Shown: positions 57,842 to 64,000 of the stretch, one piece after another | Numbering within the stretch: the stretch's first letter is position 1 | How the letters are laid out: every line of letters begins with the position of its first letter | The notes under the pieces: generated by a model | The model's database searches: none | What the model was told of the DNA's origin: nothing | The model's input: the letters and a program-made list of their open reading frames with translations, nothing else | Origin: Ruminococcus sp. | Lineage (GTDB): Bacteria; Bacillota; Clostridia; Oscillospirales; Ruminococcaceae | Direction of reading: 5' to 3' | DNA: 64,000 nucleotides | NCBI GenBank assembly: GCA_029062165.1 | Contig: JAIDQQ010000041.1 | Location: 4,034 to 68,033, forward strand | Translations under genes and position numbers: made by a program

Positions 57842-58201
57842 ATGAAAAGAAAAACACGTACAATAACAGTAAACGGTAAAAAATACGTCTGGTGGTGGGG
57901 AGTATATTACGATTCAACTGAATTGTATCTTTCACCGGAGGACGATAAAACTTCTGTCATAAGAGTGGATTTTACAGATAAAAATATCAGTGGTCAGTTC
58001 AATATGAGCGTTATTATCCGTAAAGACGGTACGGAAAAAACTGTAAAAATAATAGAACCGGCAATGTCCGGACTGCTTTTACCGTACTTACAGGAGCAGG
58101 AAATGTTTATTACACGTAAAAATATATTCATAGACGGTTGTGACCTGCTTAGAAAAATGGGTTATGAAGTTATCGGGATAAAGAAAGGTCTGTGTTGGTG
58201 A
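57842..58201 (+). CDS. Hypothetical protein (119 aa), paralogue of the previous gene
   Basis: It shares the N-terminal TVNGKKYVWWW block and the C-terminal IDGCDLLRKMGY block with its neighbour. Confidence 0.4.
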   Translation: MKRKTRTITVNGKKYVWWWGVYYDSTELYLSPEDDKTSVIRVDFTDKNISGQFNMSVIIRKDGTEKTVKIIEPAMSGLLLPYLQEQEMFITRKNIFIDGCDLLRKMGYEVIGIKKGLCW

Positions 58202-58207
58202 TAAGTC

Positions 58208-58348
58208 ATGAAAAAACAAGTATTATGTTTTTTTGCTGTAATATCTGCAATAGTTTTGACGGCAGTAATTTACGGTTGTTATATGGATAAACGCTTGTAT
58301 AAAGAAGAAATCGAAAACACCAAGAGAGACGCTCGTATATATATATGA
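58208..58348 (+). CDS. Possible 46-aa single-TM peptide
   Basis: Encodes MKKQVLCFFAVISAIVLTAVIYGCYMDKRLYKEEIENTKRDARIYI. Its stop overlaps the ATG at 58345 (ATGA). No strong RBS. Confidence 0.3.
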   Translation: MKKQVLCFFAVISAIVLTAVIYGCYMDKRLYKEEIENTKRDARIYI

Positions 58349-59190
58349 AACAAAAGTACGGAATAGATGTTGAAGTAGTTGATGTAGATATTAATGGTCA
58401 GGGGTTGGCATATGTGACTGTAAATGACGGCGAAAATGATTTTCATGTCAATATTTTCCCTGGCTCTCGAAGCGACGACTATCAGGCGGAAGAAATAGAA
58501 AACGCACTTCTTGATATGATAAAAGCTGATATTCCGACGGCTTTTAAATGCGAATTTGATTATAAAAGAAGGCGTGGTATGTACTATAACGGTGAAAATC
58601 TTGATGCAGTTCTTGACGAAAATGACACACTGTACGTATATTGCGTGAATACGGATTTTAAGGAAGTACCTGTCTTTGAATTTCTGCGTAATAATATCAG
58701 CAAATGCAGACTTTATTCTTTTTCGTCGGAAGAAATGCTGAATGATTTCATTGAATATCGCGAGGCAATTATTCATTATGCACCGTATATAGACAGTTAT
58801 TGTATAGTTAACAGTTCCGACAGCGATTTAATAACAGAAACTTATAATATCCAGAAATACAATGATTTTATGTATTGTCTGCCTTACACAAAAGATGATA
58901 TAGAACCGGAAACGATTTTTGAAGAAATGCCCGAATCATATTTTGACTGGGCAAACAGCGAATATGAATTTATATCAGCGTATGGTCTCAAAGAAAATTA
59001 TGATTTATGTATATGGTTGCCGATTCCCGAAGATAACAAAAACAAGGATTTTTATTGGTCTATTGAATATTATGATGGTGATAAAAAAGTTCGGAAAACA
59101 GAAAAATGTCATATAATAGACGGCTATGCGGTTAATAATTTTCTTAGTCTTCTTGAAAATGATGTAAAATTTGCACTTGTATGTAAATAA
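58345..59190 (+). CDS. Hypothetical protein (281 aa)
   Basis: Long ORF ending at a strong bidirectional terminator. No recognised motif. Confidence 0.45.
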   Translation: MKQKYGIDVEVVDVDINGQGLAYVTVNDGENDFHVNIFPGSRSDDYQAEEIENALLDMIKADIPTAFKCEFDYKRRRGMYYNGENLDAVLDENDTLYVYCVNTDFKEVPVFEFLRNNISKCRLYSFSSEEMLNDFIEYREAIIHYAPYIDSYCIVNSSDSDLITETYNIQKYNDFMYCLPYTKDDIEPETIFEEMPESYFDWANSEYEFISAYGLKENYDLCIWLPIPEDNKNKDFYWSIEYYDGDKKVRKTEKCHIIDGYAVNNFLSLLENDVKFALVCK

Positions 59191-59215
59191 ATTAACACTC
59201 GAAACGCAAAAAAAA

Positions 59216-59246
59216 TCCCCTCCGTAATTACCGGAGGGGTGATTTT
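59216..59246. terminator. Bidirectional rho-independent terminator (convergent 58345 gene and rpoC)
   Basis: Stem CCCCTCCG/CGGAGGGG with a 7-nt loop. A-runs and T-runs flank it on both sides. Confidence 0.75.
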
Positions 59247-62200
59247 TTATACTATAGGGGCAATTGGTTGTGTATTGTGTTCAACGTATGATTCGTTTTT
59301 TACGACTTTAACGTGTCCGTAACAGTCCATACCAGTACCGGCAGGAATAAGTTTACCAATAATAACGTTCTCTTTAAGTCCGAGAAGTCTGTCGCTCTTA
59401 CCTCTTATGGCTGCGTCTGTGAGTGCCTTTGTAGTCTCCTGGAATGACGCTGCCGACATAAAGCTGTCGGAATTTGACGACGCTTTTGTAATACCTTGTA
59501 ATACCGGACTTGTCTGTACGAGTTGTAAACCGATTTCACCATTGTCAATGCGAGCCTGTATTTCACTGTTGATGATGTCAATTTCTTTTCTGTCGACGAG
59601 CGTACCAGGGAGCAGGTAACTACTTCCGGTTTCTTCGACTTTGATTTTACGGAGCATCTGACGGACTATTACTTCAATGTGTTTGTCGTTGATGTCAACA
59701 CCCTGAAGTCGATATACTTTCTGTACTTCATTTATGATATAGTTCTGTACGTCAAGTGTACCGAGTATATTAAGAATATCAGCCGGATAAACGTTACCTT
59801 CAGTGAGACGTTTGCCCTTTTCGATAACTTCGCCCTCGGAAACTCTGATTTTAAGATTATACGGTATCATATAATTTTCAGATTCGCCTGTTTCCTCGTT
59901 GGTTACTATGATATTCTGTGTTGTTTTTACTTCTTCAATGTGGATAGTACCGGAAATTCTCGAAAGAATAGCCGCACCTTTCGGACGTCTGCTTTCAAAG
60001 AGTTCCTCAACACGTGGAAGACCTTGTGTAATGTCTTCGGCGTCGGCGGAGGCAACACCACCTGTGTGGAAAGTTCTCATAGTAAGCTGTGTACCTGGTT
60101 CGCCGATTGACTGGGCGGCGATTACTCCGACAGCCTCACCAACCGCAACGACATTATTATTTGCGAGGTTTGCTCCGTAACATTTTGCACATACACCTGT
60201 ACGGGCTTTACACTGGAGTACGGAACGGATTTTTATTTTTTCAATACCGGCGTCGATAATCTTCTTTGCGTCAGCGTCAGTGATAAGTTTATTGCGTGAT
60301 ATAATGAGTTCGCCGGATTCGTCCTTGAGGTCTTCAGACAGGTATCTTCCGACAAGTCTTTCAATAAACGGTTCAACTATTTCATTACCGTTCTTGATTT
60401 CGTAAACTTCTATACCCTCTGTAGTACCGCAGTCTTCCTCACGAATGATAACGTCCTGTGAAACGTCAACAAGACGACGTGTAAGGTAACCTGAATCGGC
60501 GGTACGTAATGCTGTATCGGCAAGACCTTTTCTGGCACCTCGTGAGGCTATGAAGTATTCGAGAATGTTAAGACCTTCACGGTAATTAGCACGGATTGGA
60601 ATTTCAATAACCGTACCGGAAGTATTTGCGATAAGTCCACGCATACCGGCAAGCTGTCTAATCTGTGAAATAGAACCTCTCGCACCGGAATCCGCCATCA
60701 TCCATATAGGATTGTATGGGTCAAAATTTTCCTTGAGTTTCTTTGTTACTTCGTCGGTAGTGTTCGTCCAGAGGGAAATTATTTTCTTGGTTTTTTCCTG
60801 TGCGGAAATATAACCAAATTCGTATTCATTGGTAATCTGTTCTACTTCTGCGTCGGCATTTGCGAGTATCTGTTTCTTTTCCGGTGGGATAGAAGCATCA
60901 CATACCGCAACGGTCAGGGCTGCCCTTGTGGAGTACTTATAACCGAGAGCCTTAATTCTGTCGAGAACTTCGGAAGTAGTAGTAGTACCGTGAATCTTTA
61001 TACATCGTTCTATTATATTCGATAACTGTTTTTTACCTACAAGGAATGCTATTTCAAGGTCAAACTGCTTGTCTGAATTGGTTCTGTCGACATAGCCGAG
61101 ATTCTGTGGGATATTTTCATTGAAAATAAGTCTTCCTACAGTAGCATCAATAATTTTTGATACTTTCTTGTCGCCGATGTCTTTGGTGATTTTTACCTTG
61201 ATATTCGCATGAAGTGAAACGTCGTGTTCCTGATATGCCATAAGTGCTTCGTTGACATCACGGAAAACTTTTCCCTCACCTATTTCACCAGGTTTAGCCA
61301 TTGTAAGATAGTAAGAACCAAGTACCATATCCTGTGACGGTACTGCAACCGGTTTACCGTCCGAGGGCTTTAAGAGGTTATTTGCGGCAAGCATAAGGAA
61401 TCTTGCTTCTGCCTGTGCCTCTGCTGACAGTGGTAAGTGTACAGCCATCTGGTCACCGTCGAAGTCAGCGTTAAATGCCGAACATACAAGCGGGTGGAGT
61501 TTTATTGCACGTCCTTCAACAAGAATCGGTTCAAATGCCTGTATACCAAGTCTGTGAAGTGTGGGAGCTCTGTTCAGCATTACAGGGTGGTCTTTTATGA
61601 CGTCTTCGAGAGCGTCCCATACCTTATTGTCGGCACGGTCTATGAGTTTTCTTGCACTCTTTATATTTGCGATTGCCTTTTTATCGACAAGTCTTTTCAG
61701 TACGAACGGTTTGAAAAGTTCGAGAGCCATTTCTTTCGGAAGTCCGCACTGATACATTTTAAGTTCAGGACCTACTACAATAACGGAACGTCCGGAATAG
61801 TCAACACGTTTTCCGAGAAGATTCTGTCTGAAACGTCCCTGTTTACCTTTAAGCATATCGGAAAGCGATTTCAATGCACGGTTATTAGGTCCGGTGACTG
61901 GTCTTCCGTGTCTGCCATTGTCAATGAGAGCGTCAACGGCTTCCTGTAACATTCTCTTCTCGTTTCTTACGATAATGTCCGGAGCGTCAAGTTCCAACAT
62001 TCTTTTCAGACGGTTATTTCTGTTGATAACACGTCTGTAGAGGTCATTGAGGTCAGAAGTTGCATAACGTCCGCCGTCAAGCATAATCATAGGTCTAAGG
62101 TCAGGCGGTATAACCGGCACAGCGTCGAGTATCATCCATTCGGGCTTGTTGCCGGAAAGTCTGAATGCTTCAATAATCTGCAATCTTTTCAGGAGTTTTA

Positions 62201-62966
62201 CTTTTTTCTGTCCGGACGGCAGACCGATTAATTCGGCTTTGAGGTCATCTGCAACGAGTTCAATATTATTTTTCCATTCAACGTCAATAAGGCTTGCGAA
62301 TTTCATACACTCATCGCAGGCACATTCAGCAGGCTTGTTTGTACAGTGTACTTTTTTAGTACCTATATAGATTTTGCCCATATCGACGAGACGTGTTTTA
62401 TGTGCGTCGTATCTTTCGGGGTCGTATTCGTGGAGAAGTTTTTTAATAGCTTCCGCACCCATTTCGGCTTTAAAGTCGTCGCCGTATTTTTCGAGATATG
62501 AAAGATACTCTTTTTCGGAGAGCATCTGTTTTTTGACGAGTTCTGTATTACCAGGTTCAGTAACAATATATTTTGTGAAATAAAGGACTTCTTCAAGGCG
62601 TTTCTGTGAGACTTCAAGTACCTGTCCGATTCTTGAAGGCGTACCCTTGAAATACCAGATATGTGAAACGGGGGCGGCAAGTTCAATATGACCCATTCTT
62701 TCACGACGTACTCTTGCCCTTGTTACTTCAACACCACAGCGGTCACAAATTTTGCCTTTAAAGCGTATTTTCTTGAATTTACCGCAGTGACATTCCCAGT
62801 CTTTAGTAGGTCCGAAAATTCTTTCACAGAAAAGACCGTCTCTTTCAGGTTTTTGAGTTCTGTAGTTAATGGTTTCGGGTCTTTCAACAATGCCATAAGA
62901 CCAGCTTCTGATTTGTTCAGGTGAAGCAAGACCGATTTTTATTGATTCAAAAGTATTAAATTCCAA
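59247..62966 (-). CDS. rpoC: DNA-directed RNA polymerase subunit beta'
   Basis: 1239 aa. It contains the NADFDGDQM catalytic motif, a zinc-binding CHCGK...C..CGVEV segment and a conserved N-terminus [17 protein letters not shown]. Confidence 0.97.
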   Translation of the reverse strand: MEFNTFESIKIGLASPEQIRSWSYGIVERPETINYRTQKPERDGLFCERIFGPTKDWECHCGKFKKIRFKGKICDRCGVEVTRARVRRERMGHIELAAPVSHIWYFKGTPSRIGQVLEVSQKRLEEVLYFTKYIVTEPGNTELVKKQMLSEKEYLSYLEKYGDDFKAEMGAEAIKKLLHEYDPERYDAHKTRLVDMGKIYIGTKKVHCTNKPAECACDECMKFASLIDVEWKNNIELVADDLKAELIGLPSGQKKVKLLKRLQIIEAFRLSGNKPEWMILDAVPVIPPDLRPMIMLDGGRYATSDLNDLYRRVINRNNRLKRMLELDAPDIIVRNEKRMLQEAVDALIDNGRHGRPVTGPNNRALKSLSDMLKGKQGRFRQNLLGKRVDYSGRSVIVVGPELKMYQCGLPKEMALELFKPFVLKRLVDKKAIANIKSARKLIDRADNKVWDALEDVIKDHPVMLNRAPTLHRLGIQAFEPILVEGRAIKLHPLVCSAFNADFDGDQMAVHLPLSAEAQAEARFLMLAANNLLKPSDGKPVAVPSQDMVLGSYYLTMAKPGEIGEGKVFRDVNEALMAYQEHDVSLHANIKVKITKDIGDKKVSKIIDATVGRLIFNENIPQNLGYVDRTNSDKQFDLEIAFLVGKKQLSNIIERCIKIHGTTTTSEVLDRIKALGYKYSTRAALTVAVCDASIPPEKKQILANADAEVEQITNEYEFGYISAQEKTKKIISLWTNTTDEVTKKLKENFDPYNPIWMMADSGARGSISQIRQLAGMRGLIANTSGTVIEIPIRANYREGLNILEYFIASRGARKGLADTALRTADSGYLTRRLVDVSQDVIIREEDCGTTEGIEVYEIKNGNEIVEPFIERLVGRYLSEDLKDESGELIISRNKLITDADAKKIIDAGIEKIKIRSVLQCKARTGVCAKCYGANLANNNVVAVGEAVGVIAAQSIGEPGTQLTMRTFHTGGVASADAEDITQGLPRVEELFESRRPKGAAILSRISGTIHIEEVKTTQNIIVTNEETGESENYMIPYNLKIRVSEGEVIEKGKRLTEGNVYPADILNILGTLDVQNYIINEVQKVYRLQGVDINDKHIEVIVRQMLRKIKVEETGSSYLLPGTLVDRKEIDIINSEIQARIDNGEIGLQLVQTSPVLQGITKASSNSDSFMSAASFQETTKALTDAAIRGKSDRLLGLKENVIIGKLIPAGTGMDCYGHVKVVKNESYVEHNTQPIAPIV

Positions 62967-63057
62967 ACTGCTACCTCCTGCAAAATAAAGGTAATCCGCA
63001 ATACAGAACCGCCGGTTGTGACGATTCTGTATACGGTATCATGATACGTATGAAATA

Positions 63058-64000
<943 letters not shown>

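Noticed and set aside
61437-61949. 170-aa plus-strand ORF and other ORFs inside rpoC
   Set aside because: They are antisense or alternative-frame shadows of a highly conserved gene.
62967-63057. Inverted repeats (TACAGAA...TTCTGTA and the GTATCATGATAC palindrome) in the rpoB-rpoC spacer as a terminator or attenuator
   Set aside because: The stems are short with no following T-run on the minus strand. rpoB and rpoC are normally co-transcribed, so the evidence is insufficient.

Overview
The window looks like chromosomal DNA from a low-GC Firmicute. It is probably a cellulosomal Clostridia or Ruminococcus-like anaerobe. This is inferred from the dockerin modules, a GH9 cellulase, yqfC/yqfD sporulation genes, a SCIFF locus and T7SSb-type EssC. 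All calls rest on motifs read from the translated ORFs and on manual promoter, RBS and hairpin inspection; no database search was possible.

Layout:
- 1-12.9 kb (minus strand): one long, tightly packed operon. It runs multi-zinc-ribbon protein, vWA, PP2C phosphatase, Ser/Thr kinase, tandem RanBP2-type zinc-finger tail-anchored protein, two zinc-ribbon-TM-ectodomain proteins, a small TM protein, a Thr-rich sorted surface protein, EssC (with a YukD-like plus FHA N-terminus), then a WXG-like protein that runs off the window edge.
- 13.1-21.9 kb: an 822-aa mucin-like LPXTG protein and a roughly 2000-aa dockerin-bearing M60-like zinc peptidase.
- 22.2-26.4 kb: an orphan XRE-associated cassette of seven uncharacterised genes with paired palindromic operator candidates.
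- 26.5-31.2 kb: an ABC transporter and an OmpR/HK two-component system.
- 31.5-42 kb: carbohydrate-active and cellulosomal genes (ricin-lectin beta-helix lyase, GH9-CBM3-dockerin, tandem dockerin paralogues). They are interrupted by a Rep_3-like initiator, a BspA-type LRR gene and a stand-alone tRNA-like small RNA with its own consensus promoter and terminator.
- 42-53.7 kb: housekeeping and miscellaneous genes (flavoproteins, SpoU methyltransferase, solute-binding lipoprotein, yqfD/yqfC/ylbJ-like, pspA, ABC-F).
- 53.8-57.4 kb: a SCIFF ranthipeptide locus whose precursor and radical-SAM maturase are split by a zinc-ribbon-TIR-transmembrane gene. A translationally coupled cytidine-deaminase-fold gene follows.
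- 59.2-64 kb: rpoC and the 3' end of rpoB.

The best candidate for a new system is the T7SS-like operon. In it, a vWA/PP2C/kinase phosphorylation triad and zinc-ribbon membrane proteins take the place of the canonical EssA/EssB/EsaA components.
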